Shown here piece after piece: positions 7,516 to 16,229 of a DNA stretch of 28,851 nt. Origin of the DNA: an uncultured Desulfobacterales bacterium (lineage in GTDB: Bacteria; Desulfobacterota; Desulfobacteria; Desulfobacterales; Desulfosudaceae); NCBI GenBank assembly GCA_964432245.1, contig CAYSMV010000471.1, positions 1-28,851 on the forward strand, in the 5' to 3' direction. How positions within the stretch are numbered: position 1 is the stretch's first letter; each line of letters opens with the position of its first letter. The translations under genes and the position numbers were made by a program. The notes beneath the pieces are model-generated. The model saw nothing but the letters and a program-made list of their open reading frames with translations. It searched no databases and was not told the DNA's origin.

Positions 7516-8751
7516 ATGGCACTTACTCCGAAAGTCGAATACCATCACGAATTTCTCTACTTCAACGCCTTTGTCAGGGAAAAAGGCTGCACGCCGAAAA
7601 AACACCCCGACATCTGGTTCACGCCTGAAAATAAGCAAGGGAAAGAGCTGTCGCTTTATGAAATCTGTAATATCCTGCTGTTTAACATGAAAGCCACCTC
7701 CAGAAAGGCAAAACCATGGCTCGAACTTGTAAAAACAATGCTCCATGCCCCACACTTTCCACCAGAACTGCTGGAAAAGGTCGATGTCAAGGCCTGGCTG
7801 GAATATGCCCGGTCCCTGGACATAGAAGGCAAGCTGGACAGGTACCTGCCGAAAATCTTCAACGCTTTCGGCAACACCTTCGAGGTACCGGTGATCAAGG
7901 TATCGCCGGTGCGGCTGAACCCCTGCCCCATCAACCACTTCCGGGCCATCGCCAGCGGCTCCTATGACAGGTACAATATTACCAGCTGTGACCCGGCCTT
8001 CTACAACAAAGCCGGCCCGGTCATCTATTTTCCCATCCCGGAAACCGCGGCCGCCGCCAGGATGCCTGAAGGCACTCACGATATGGTCCTGATGCACGAA
8101 GTGGTGCATGCCTCCATCAGGCCCTTCTATGGCGGCCTCTCGCTTAATGAAGGTGAACTTCTCGATATCCCGGAAAATGTATTAAACCGGGCCTTTTCAG
8201 AAGTATTTTCCACCCTGGGCGCCACCTATGCGGTTTATGGCGAGGTTTACGGTCCAAAAAAAAAGAGAATGCCAAAAAGCAAACTGTTAAACGTCTCCCA
8301 ACATCTGCTTAACGATGAGCTGTTCATGCAGGCCTTTATCTGCATGGCTCAGGTCGGTTTTGAAAATATCTGCCGGATAGTGTCGCCGGCGTTGAGCCTG
8401 ACCAGCCGGGTAACATTTTTAACCCGGGAATTGAACCGGATCGACACCCTGACCGAAAAACAGATGCGCGGGATTCTGACAAAGCGATACGCCTACAAGA
8501 AGCAGGTCAGCGGCATGAGCAAAAAGGTCTTGAAAAATAAGCTTCTCAAACATGGAATCCAGCGCCTGCGGGCCCATTTTGAGGATATCAGGCGGCTTCA
8601 AATCCACCGGCTCTTTGCCGGCGCGGCGTCCGGCAGTGAATTTGCCGGGTGGCAACAGAAAGTCCTGCTGAAATTAAGCGACCTGTTCGGCCCGGAAAAG
8701 ACGGTCACTTGGATTGACACCGGCCTTACCCGCGGGCATACAAACCCGTAA
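7516..8751 (+). CDS. hypothetical protein with zincin-like HEXXH motif
   Basis: 411-aa ORF with promoter and RBS; VLMHEVVHAS followed by AFSEVFS (possible third Zn ligand). Confidence 0.7.
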   Translation: MALTPKVEYHHEFLYFNAFVREKGCTPKKHPDIWFTPENKQGKELSLYEICNILLFNMKATSRKAKPWLELVKTMLHAPHFPPELLEKVDVKAWLEYARSLDIEGKLDRYLPKIFNAFGNTFEVPVIKVSPVRLNPCPINHFRAIASGSYDRYNITSCDPAFYNKAGPVIYFPIPETAAAARMPEGTHDMVLMHEVVHASIRPFYGGLSLNEGELLDIPENVLNRAFSEVFSTLGATYAVYGEVYGPKKKRMPKSKLLNVSQHLLNDELFMQAFICMAQVGFENICRIVSPALSLTSRVTFLTRELNRIDTLTEKQMRGILTKRYAYKKQVSGMSKKVLKNKLLKHGIQRLRAHFEDIRRLQIHRLFAGAASGSEFAGWQQKVLLKLSDLFGPEKTVTWIDTGLTRGHTNP

Positions 8752-8946
8752 TTCTTTCAAAAATATTTATTTTAACCATACGATTAAAATACAGTCTTTC
8801 TATAAAATTTTTATCGTCCGGTTTGACGTTTTCTTCTGAAAATCATCGCCTTCCAAAACAAACACCGCCATTGGCCTAAAATCAATTGACATTCATCGCA
8901 TTACAAAATAATACAGCAGCATACATAAAATGATGGGGGAAGCGTA

Positions 8947-9354
8947 ATGACAACCATACAAAAAAGTCTGCGATTACCCAGTGAAGCTGTAAAAGAGATA
9001 GAACGCCTGGCCGCCGGGACCGGTAAAGATTTTTCAGGATTGGCCAGAGATCTTCTGAAAGAGGCGATTAAAACAAGAAGATGCCCCGGCATCACCTTTG
9101 CCGATGGCCCAAGCGGAAGGAGAGCCAGAATAGCCGGAACAGGCATAGACGTCTGGGAAATCATTGCCTCTTATCATGGAGCGGGGAAAGACTACAGTCA
9201 GCTTAAACAGGCCTACCACTGGCTCAATGACCAGCAGGTCAGAGCAGCATTCTCGTACTATACCCTCTACCCTGATGAAATCGACAACCAGATAAAAAAC
9301 AACGAGGCATTGGATGAGGAGAAGGTGTTAAAAAAAACACCCCTTCCTGTCTGA
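8947..9354 (+). CDS. DUF433-domain antitoxin with N-terminal RHH/CopG-like region
   Basis: KSLRLPSE N-terminus; PGITFADGPSGRRARIAGTGIDVWEII...QVRAAFSYYTLYPDEID. Confidence 0.87.
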   Translation: MTTIQKSLRLPSEAVKEIERLAAGTGKDFSGLARDLLKEAIKTRRCPGITFADGPSGRRARIAGTGIDVWEIIASYHGAGKDYSQLKQAYHWLNDQQVRAAFSYYTLYPDEIDNQIKNNEALDEEKVLKKTPLPV

Positions 9355-9369
9355 AATGCGAGCTAACCC

Positions 9370-9726
9370 GTGAAGTATTATCTGGACGAAGATATCAGCC
9401 CCCGCGTGGCCGAGCTTTTGAGAAAAAACCGGGTTGAGGCCATAAGCGCCCATGAACAAGGGATGATAGGAACATCGGATGAGCAGCAACTTCTGGCTGC
9501 CGCCAAAGCCGGACGAGCCATGGTAACCAGAAACAGAAACGATTTTATTCGGCTAACCGTCAGCTTTTTCGAGGGACTGAAACCCCATCATGGATCGGTC
9601 ATAATCCCGCATTACATTCCAGGCCATGATTTTTCACTGATGGCCAGACTGCTGTCACACCTCGCCGACGAATATCCCAATGGTATGACGCCTTACACCA
9701 TAAAATTTCTGTCAATTGGTCCTTGA
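9370..9726 (+). CDS. DUF5615 family PIN-like toxin
   Basis: MKYYLDEDIS...SDEQQL..A...RAMVTRNRNDF...HHG; paired with DUF433 gene. Confidence 0.88.
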   Translation: MKYYLDEDISPRVAELLRKNRVEAISAHEQGMIGTSDEQQLLAAAKAGRAMVTRNRNDFIRLTVSFFEGLKPHHGSVIIPHYIPGHDFSLMARLLSHLADEYPNGMTPYTIKFLSIGP

Positions 9727-9743
9727 CTTTTCCCCATCAGGGT

Positions 9744-11426
9744 TCAGGACATCCGATAATCAGTCAGTGCTTTTTGTAAATTCCTGGCCGCCGCCCATTT
9801 TTTTAAAATACCCAGTTCGTGTGAAGTTGGCCGACGGTTGCTGACGCCGCGGACCTCCCCAAATTTTCCGGTTTGAGGCAGATATTCGATAGTTAAAACG
9901 CGGTACTCATCGCAGCGCAGAGAAAATATCAGGCTCCGCCCTCTCACACAGCTGCCCGTATACGTATAGACGCAGTGGTGCATCTTTTTGCCTTCCTCAA
10001 GCAGTTCATGACTGTTAAGCAACTCCCGCATCTCCCAGATGTGTATCACCGTATCGTTCTTTTTCTGTTCCCACCGCCAGTCCAGATGATGCCAGTTCCA
10101 CCTGACCAGTTTATCCTTATTGACTTTGCCAAGGCCGCCATGCCACTGGTCAACCAGCGCGAGGACGGCCCCGGGCGACCGGCCGGTGATCTGAAAATCG
10201 GGATTTTCACGCGGATGATGATATTTCTGATGGTTTATAAAATCGACAATAGGGCCGTAATGGGCTGGATCCAGCATGGGATGACGCAGAAACCATTCGA
10301 TGACCGTCTGCCAGAATGCATGTCTTTTTAAAAACCCGAAAGGGTTATTTGAGCCGATCGTTTCTATCCGCGTATTTTCTATTTCCTGAAAAAACCTCTG
10401 GTTTCCCCCCAGCGCCATAACCTGCCCCCAGCGGATGGCCTGCTCGATGGACAACGTCCCGGGCGCCTGAAGCAGGGTGTGCCACATCTTCTTTGTATAA
10501 GTGAGCGGGAAATTTTTTAATTTTCTGACGCTCTTACCCCTCGCCAGATCAATAAACCACATAATCCATTCCGGGCCTTTTCTGAACCAGACTGAATCCA
10601 TAAAAAGGGGGACGCTGTATTGGGCAAAAAGATGCCTGACCAGGGAACTGAATTGTCTGACAGGATTATGGCTGTGCGGCTTCCAGTCATCGATTTCCCT
10701 GACTTTATAGGAGTAAAAGGCAGCCACGCGCATCAAAGCCACTGGAAACGTATTTTCCTCTGATCCAGAATAGGCCGGAATAACCTGGCGGGTATCGGTG
10801 AGGATTTTCCTGCTGCCGCATTTTTCAAGCAGCGACAGATAGAACTCATAATCATTCCGGGTGAACAAATTGATTTTTATCTTGTTTTTGATATCTTCAA
10901 TTGAAGGGACAGCAGACTTATTCCTGTCTCTTTTGAAATCTTCTTCGTAATCATTCGGGGCTTTGGACGGTCTTTCCTCTCCGGCTTTATTAAGCGCGTT
11001 CAAGGCGGCTTCGATCCCGCCGGGTGTGCCGGCCGGAACAATCCGGATAACAGGCTTGCCGCCATCGTTGCTGCACAAAAAAACTTCACTGTGATCCTGA
11101 AAAAGGAAGGTCAGAATGATGATTTTCCTGTGTTTATCAATATTGGAAAGCTGAACATCAAGATTTGCCTCTATCTCCTTTTTAACGGTTAACTCAAATA
11201 TTTCGGCTTTCCCTTTTTTTATGATTTTAAATGCATAGTCTTTTGATTGCCTGTACCTTATGGCTTCGTTTTCCATCTCTTGACGAGTTCGATGCCTTCG
11301 CGACCAGCCACGAAGGCCCGCTTCATAATCAGCCAGGTGTTGCCGCAGGTTTCTGGTGATATATGAAAAACCGGCGCCAATGGAGTCAAAACTCCGCTTT
11401 ATATGTTCTATGTCTGATTTGTTCAT
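9744..11426 (-). CDS. PcfJ-domain protein
   Basis: LVRHLFAQYSVPLFMDSVWF, QITGRSPGAVLALVDQWH, ELLEEGKKMHHCVYTY, RVLTIE, EVRGVSNR. Confidence 0.85.
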   Translation of the reverse strand: MNKSDIEHIKRSFDSIGAGFSYITRNLRQHLADYEAGLRGWSRRHRTRQEMENEAIRYRQSKDYAFKIIKKGKAEIFELTVKKEIEANLDVQLSNIDKHRKIIILTFLFQDHSEVFLCSNDGGKPVIRIVPAGTPGGIEAALNALNKAGEERPSKAPNDYEEDFKRDRNKSAVPSIEDIKNKIKINLFTRNDYEFYLSLLEKCGSRKILTDTRQVIPAYSGSEENTFPVALMRVAAFYSYKVREIDDWKPHSHNPVRQFSSLVRHLFAQYSVPLFMDSVWFRKGPEWIMWFIDLARGKSVRKLKNFPLTYTKKMWHTLLQAPGTLSIEQAIRWGQVMALGGNQRFFQEIENTRIETIGSNNPFGFLKRHAFWQTVIEWFLRHPMLDPAHYGPIVDFINHQKYHHPRENPDFQITGRSPGAVLALVDQWHGGLGKVNKDKLVRWNWHHLDWRWEQKKNDTVIHIWEMRELLNSHELLEEGKKMHHCVYTYTGSCVRGRSLIFSLRCDEYRVLTIEYLPQTGKFGEVRGVSNRRPTSHELGILKKWAAARNLQKALTDYRMS

Positions 11427-11576
11427 GACTTCACAACTTGTCAGCCTTGGTGAAGCAGAAAAAACTTCCTATAAAAGAATGGATATCTCCACAAATCTCA
11501 TAGTAAGGCCTGTTGCAATTGCAGCATTAACTGAAGGCCGTCGCTACCGATGTTTCCCTCACTGCTGCCACCTGAC

Positions 11577-12171
11577 TTAAACTGCGTTTTTGAACTGTGT
11601 TCTAATCATCTTATCAAGCTCAGCCAGATAAGAGCGGCCATACGGCCCATTCTCAAGGCCCTGAACCAGATGCTCCGGAATATCCTGAACAATTTCCCGG
11701 CAGCATGATCCCGCCGCCGGCGCAATGGTCGCCACCGTGTCGGTATCCCCGCCCCAAGCAATGCTGCTTTTCAGTATGGCGGAAAGGGAATCGTTCCGCA
11801 TCAGCGATGTAATGGCCGCGCGCACGCTCATCCAGCCCTTTGAGCCGACCTCACCCTGCCATGGCTCGTTCCATTGCCCCGGCACATGCCGGCAGATAAA
11901 ATCCGCCAGAATACCCTTCTCTCTGGTCGCGATGAAACACCTCGACAAACCGGGAGGCGATATTTTCCGGAGTCCAGTCGACCCGCTCCACGACCAGCTC
12001 GGCAACCGCCAAGCTCATCTGCGTGTCATCAGTATACGCGCCGAGCTTATGACGATGCGTCGGATGACGAACGTAGGCTGACAAATCATTATGCCGCGAT
12101 ATAAAACTCCTGTCCCTGACATATTCAAATCCCGCGCCGTACGCATCGCCAATGGCCAGTTCCACAAGCAT
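11577..12171 (-). pseudogene. ADP-ribosylglycohydrolase (ARH/DraG family), internally deleted and frameshifted
   Basis: N-terminal half: AIGDAYG, YTDDTQM, REGYSGGFY; C-terminal half in another frame: GSKGWMSVRAA, GGDTDTVATIA; the middle catalytic region is missing. Confidence 0.88.
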
Positions 12172-12257
12172 TCAACTCCCCCTTGACTTTATCCTTACCA
12201 AGAATTGCTTTACCTGGTCTAATACCAATTCCCTGAAAACAGATGGCACGGCCTTCC

Positions 12258-12458
12258 TTATTCCGTCAGGTGATCTCCGCGGCCGTCACCTCCGATGTAT
12301 TCGCAGAGTTCGCAGCGGATAATCTCCTTCCCCTGTAAACGGCGGGCCTTGCGGCAGGCGGCTTTGATATACTCGGTATGATCAAAGTGTGCCATATTGG
12401 AATGGCCAAGGCGGCCGCCCTGCCCCGCTTCGATTTTCCATTTTTTTATGCCACCCAC
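12258..12458 (-). CDS. small basic hypothetical protein (GRLGHSNMAH motif)
   Basis: AGGAGG RBS 6 nt before GTG; co-oriented in cluster. Confidence 0.6.
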   Translation of the reverse strand: MGGIKKWKIEAGQGGRLGHSNMAHFDHTEYIKAACRKARRLQGKEIIRCELCEYIGGDGRGDHLTE

Positions 12459-12498
12459 TGCTGCCTCCTGACAGGATTAATTCATGCTGTTTATGCAA

Positions 12499-12822
12499 TC
12501 AAAATCCCGCACCATTATCATAATCAATAACGGACAATCCATTCAGGCACTTGATACAGGCTTCCTCGAGCTTTGGAACGAACTCACCCTAACCGATCAA
12601 ATCCATGAAAGATACGCTCCGATCTTTTCTCAGACGCATCTTCCGACGGCACGCGCGGCAGACAACGGCCTCCGTATAAAATTTCTCACTATTATCGGTG
12701 TCGATAAAGACCCGCTCTCCCTGCTTCAGCTTGCGGCGTGTCCCGGTCCCGATACCCGCGTAAATATGCCGGCAGACCAGGCAACCTTTCTGGACCCCAT
12801 GCTCTTCACAAATTACTGCCAT
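12499..12822 (-). pseudogene. Cys-rich putative Zn-binding protein interrupted by in-frame TAG at 12589-12591
   Basis: AAGGAG RBS; CEEHG, CLVCRH, CRAC motifs; the frame continues past TAG as GEFVPKLEEACIKCLNGLSVIDYDNGAGF to TGA. Confidence 0.6.
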
Positions 12823-12835
12823 CCTTTACTCCTTA

Positions 12836-12873
12836 ATTGATAAATTATGACGGGACGGATTGATAATTATGAC
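12836..12873. repeat. tandem direct repeat, possible operator
   Basis: ATTGATAAATTATGAC (12836-12851) and ATTGATAATTATGAC (12859-12873). Confidence 0.5.
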
Positions 12874-12970
12874 AAAATTTTCCAAGCATAACCAAAATAC
12901 GTCTGACTTCGATTAGCAAATTTAGTAAGTATGATTCAGATCTTTTTGCCCCTGCCCGCGTTGCCTCACA

Positions 12971-13000
12971 TTGACATCTCTATTTGACAATATATATAAT
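12971..13000 (+). promoter_or_regulatory. sigma70-like promoter
   Basis: TTGACA, 18 bp, TATAAT. Confidence 0.5.
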
Positions 13001-13346
13001 CTTTTTGTTTTCTGCAAAACCACTCTGAACTGAATGAGCCCTTATTTTTTAGAAAATAACTGACCATGGATTTAAACAAGAGACACATCATTATTCTTGG
13101 CTTTCTAAAAAATTTCAGCGGGCAAAAAAATTTTTTGCGCAGTTTGATGAAACCTTCGGCTAAGGCGACCTACCTGCTCCGGGACAAAAATGCCTCTAAA
13201 CTATTATGGAAATACAAGGTCGGGATATCAGGCGGCTTGTACATAAACAGCCGATGAATTATAAAAATCTTCCAGAGACAGAAATGAAGCCATACTTAGA
13301 TTTTATGTGGGGATACCGAAAAGCACTGACGGAGTAATGTAAATAT

Positions 13347-13760
13347 ATGAATAGATGTATTTTCTGCGATATCATTGCCGGTAAGTCGGAGGCGGCATTT
13401 GTCTACAGGGACAAAAAGATTTCAGCCTTCATGGACATCCGGCCGATTAATTCCGGGCATCTCATAATCGTTCCGAACACGCACGCCGAAGATTTGTCTA
13501 TTATTTCTGAATCGACCGGCGCCCGGATGTTCAATACAGCCCGACTGCTGGCCACTGCCATCAAAGCAAGCGGTATACGCTGTGAAGGCATTAATCTTTT
13601 CCTTGCCGATGGCAAGGCCGCCGGTCAGGAAATTTTTCACATACATCTACATGTTATTCCTCGCTTCAGAAACGACGGATTCAAACTTAAATTCGATACC
13701 CTGGAAACATCCCTATCGAATTTGCGACAGACGGCGGAACTTATTCAAAAGCACTTGTAG
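13347..13760 (+). CDS. HIT family nucleotide hydrolase
   Basis: CIFCDII, AFMDIRPINSGHLIIVP, GQEIFHIHLHVIPR histidine triad. Confidence 0.95.
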   Translation: MNRCIFCDIIAGKSEAAFVYRDKKISAFMDIRPINSGHLIIVPNTHAEDLSIISESTGARMFNTARLLATAIKASGIRCEGINLFLADGKAAGQEIFHIHLHVIPRFRNDGFKLKFDTLETSLSNLRQTAELIQKHL

Positions 13761-13764
13761 TCGA

Positions 13765-14280
13765 TCATCTTCTTCTTACGAATTCAAGTAATATATAGAT
13801 GAGAACTCCGATTACTCCCAGAAATAAGCATGACAGGTCGAGAGCATCAATCGATATAATGTTTGCCAGGTGATTGTGCTTCGAAAAAGGTGCCAGGGGC
13901 TGCATGTCAGCGTGCATGATGCTGTCGATGGCAACGTGGCTGAAAGCGCCGACCAGGACACCAATTCCGACAGGCACCATTTTCAGGGGTTCATTCCCGG
14001 CCAGAATACCCATGTGATATCGCCTCACAAGCCAGTTCCATACCCGCAATATGTACGGACATAACAGAAACGACAAGGGGAACATGAAGACTGCGATAAG
14101 CATGGCACCAATATAGGTGTGCGTGAATCCATGCAGATGCAAATCGCCGCGAAGGGTACGGACGATGGGTTCGATGTCCATGGCAACCTGAGTCAGAGCG
14201 AATGCGCTCAAGCTGAAATAACGCCCGGCAGCAACCTTCAGGGGTATGGCAGGGCCGATATGAAGCGGCGTGACCGGCAT
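13765..14280 (-). CDS. DUF4184-like membrane-bound metal-dependent hydrolase
   Basis: MPVTPLHIGP, MDIEP, HGFTHT, SHVAIDSIMH motifs and hydrophobic helices. Confidence 0.8.
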   Translation of the reverse strand: MPVTPLHIGPAIPLKVAAGRYFSLSAFALTQVAMDIEPIVRTLRGDLHLHGFTHTYIGAMLIAVFMFPLSFLLCPYILRVWNWLVRRYHMGILAGNEPLKMVPVGIGVLVGAFSHVAIDSIMHADMQPLAPFSKHNHLANIISIDALDLSCLFLGVIGVLIYILLEFVRRR

Positions 14281-14315
14281 AATTCCCTGTGTTTCAACAA
14301 AAGAGATCGATCCCG

Positions 14316-14843
14316 TCATTCATACAAAAATCCCGGAATCCATAAATGCTTTTGCCCCGTTCTGTAGGTAAAGGCCTCTTTAACCGGGTCATTCAGCGCT
14401 ATGACGCCTCTGGCCTGTCCGGCAGCCGCGATACAATCGGCGTGGATAAAAAATTCCAGGCCGGTTAACTTTATTTCAAAGCAGATCTCTATATCCTCAA
14501 CGAATTTTGATATGGCCGGCAGCACGGCGCTTTGCAGATAGTCAACCGGCGTGTACCAATATTGGCCAAAAAACAATTTTTTGAGGGCCGGCCCAGCGGG
14601 CGCACTTTTATGAAATATTACCTCAAAACAAGGCACCGGTTCTTTCATTGTTTTCCTGATAAAATTTTCAAACATTTCCCTGGTCCGGGAGAGCGAACTG
14701 ATGGTTATTTCAAACGTCATGACATCAGAGAACTGGCCGCCTCTTTTTATTTTTGTGGCCAGATAAAGATCTGCCGGAAGTCTTTTACCCCAGGGCAACA
14801 TATACTCCAGAAATTCAATGCCGCCTGTTTCCATTTCTATCAT
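14316..14843 (-). CDS. hypothetical protein
   Basis: AGGAGG RBS 7 nt before ATG 14843; protein-like composition; no family recognised. Confidence 0.65.
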   Translation of the reverse strand: MIEMETGGIEFLEYMLPWGKRLPADLYLATKIKRGGQFSDVMTFEITISSLSRTREMFENFIRKTMKEPVPCFEVIFHKSAPAGPALKKLFFGQYWYTPVDYLQSAVLPAISKFVEDIEICFEIKLTGLEFFIHADCIAAAGQARGVIALNDPVKEAFTYRTGQKHLWIPGFLYE

Positions 14844-15135
14844 TGGTTCGCCTCCTTGTAGGTGCATATTGTCAGACTTTTACCCGCAGGCCGGTTCAAA
14901 AAATGATCGGATAAAAATTATGCCTCCCTGTAATATTAAAGACGGATCAGAATGATATATATGACAACGATAAAAAGCCATCGATAAAATAATTGTGTAG
15001 AACAGACAGGGTAATTGACATAAAATTTCATTTTTCCCGTTTATAGATATATTATGACCAATCCATAAAAAATAATACTGTGTTTCGTTATTATTCCAGG
15101 GATGATTTGTTCTTGATGCCGGATCGGTGGGCCTG

Positions 15136-15170
15136 TGTCGCAATTCGTCATCCCGCCAAGTGGAGCGAAA
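15136..15170 (+). repeat. 35-bp imperfect direct repeat, copy 1
   Basis: TGTCGCAATTCGTCATCCCGCCAAGTGGAGCGAAA. Confidence 0.8.
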
Positions 15171-15299
15171 CGGTGCCCGACCTGACGAAGCAAGCCCCGC
15201 TTAAAAACGGCATGATGGACAATAATCCTGAACTAAAATAATAGCTGGCATGCAATTTGAGAGTAAACACATGACATAACACTGAAGGTTAAACAAATG

Positions 15300-15981
15300 A
15301 AAAACATTGCAGAAATTGCGATTGACCCCGACCTGTCCAATGAAACCGGCAAAGGTTTCATGGCCAGGGGGCGACCGGAGGTAAGCAGCCTGACGAATAG
15401 TGTCCGGCGTTTACACCGGTTAAGGCGTGAAGACAGCCGCCGTGGTTCTTTGACAGACAGCTTAGTTGCAGCAGTAAAGATGAGACAGAGTAGCATCAGA
15501 CGTGCTCGATTCCGCTTGAATATAAACGTGTTCCCGGCAGTTGCCGCGGATATGAAGCCTTTTGACGCTACCCCCGTTTTCACGGACACGTTGAAAACGG
15601 GCAGCCAGCCGTCCCCGTCGTTCCATCCCTGTATGGGAACAATTGCACGGCCGGCTTACAGACGGTGCCAGTTCAGCGATTTCTCCGGCGGGAGCGATCG
15701 GGCACCGTGCCCGGCATCCACTCAAACCGCCAAGGATGCCTTTGGGCGGGCCTTCTCACGGCTCTCTATTTGTTCTGAATCGTCGCATTTAACCTGGAAT
15801 CAGGTTCAGGGGTCGGCTATTTGCCCCGTGTTCAGATTATCCCCGTAACAGGGTGCTGAAACGCCGCTCCCCGGACTTGAATTCATCGACGGGAAGCGGC
15901 AAGCAGCACGCACTCTGTCTTGGCCAAATAAGGGCCGGAAGGACAACAGGCATCATTTACATCCTTCCGGCTTTTATTTTT
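15300..15981. ncRNA. candidate large structured non-coding RNA (family unassigned)
   Basis: Seven stems found by eye, including a three-way junction and a compound long hairpin; overlapping ORFs look spurious; ends in a terminator-like hairpin. Confidence 0.45.
15934..15981 (+). terminator. intrinsic terminator-like hairpin
   Basis: GCCGGAAGGA-N18-TCCTTCCGGC followed by TTTTATTTTT. Confidence 0.6.
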
Positions 15982-16084
15982 AAAATTACCGTCTGCCGTC
16001 CTTAAACAAAATGAAAAACAATGCGTTTTGTGATACAAAATAACAGCCGCAAAAAAAAAACGTTATGCCCGACCTTGAAGGCCA

Positions 16085-16118
16085 TGTCGTAATTCGTCAT
16101 CGGCCAAGTGGAGCGAAA
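16085..16118 (+). repeat. direct repeat copy 2, followed by degenerate REP-like sequence
   Basis: TGTCGTAATTCGTCATCGGCCAAGTGGAGCGAAA; downstream CTGGATTC...GGAATAAC resembles the CTGGATTC...GGAATGAC hairpin at 6734-6761. Confidence 0.75.
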
Positions 16119-16229
16119 AATAGACGAAACTTCGTATATGAATCCGAGAATTAACTGGATTCTGATTTTCATCGGAATAACAAAACAACTTCAAACCGGA
16201 CTTTTTTTATAAATTCATAGCTTTTTTAG

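Noticed and set aside
13066-13339. 63-aa ORF and a following 43-aa ORF behind a good promoter
   Set aside because: No SD or recognisable motifs; may be a degraded gene but cannot be supported
14880-15143. 87-aa minus-strand ORF
   Set aside because: AT-rich intergenic composition, no RBS
15160-15200. Hammerhead core words GAAA and CTGACGA
   Set aside because: Only 11 nt between them; stems I and III cannot form
15330-15680. SAM-I riboswitch-like words (ATGAAACCGGCAA, GCAGTAAAGATGAG, GGTGCCAGTTC)
   Set aside because: Wrong order, spread over more than 300 nt, and the 5' ATCnAGAG/GGAGGG elements are absent
15297-15848. 183-aa ORF and overlapping minus-strand ORFs
   Set aside because: Weak RBS, R/S/P-rich, no motifs; better explained as structured non-coding DNA, although coding is not formally excluded
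15760-15912. Group II intron: GTGCGTG 5' end and GAGCCGTG on the minus strand
   Set aside because: No complete domain V hairpin, no domain VI and no RT ORF
16026-16040. TTTTGT-N3-ACAAAA palindrome upstream of the giant gene
   Set aside because: Short and AT-rich; expected by chance here
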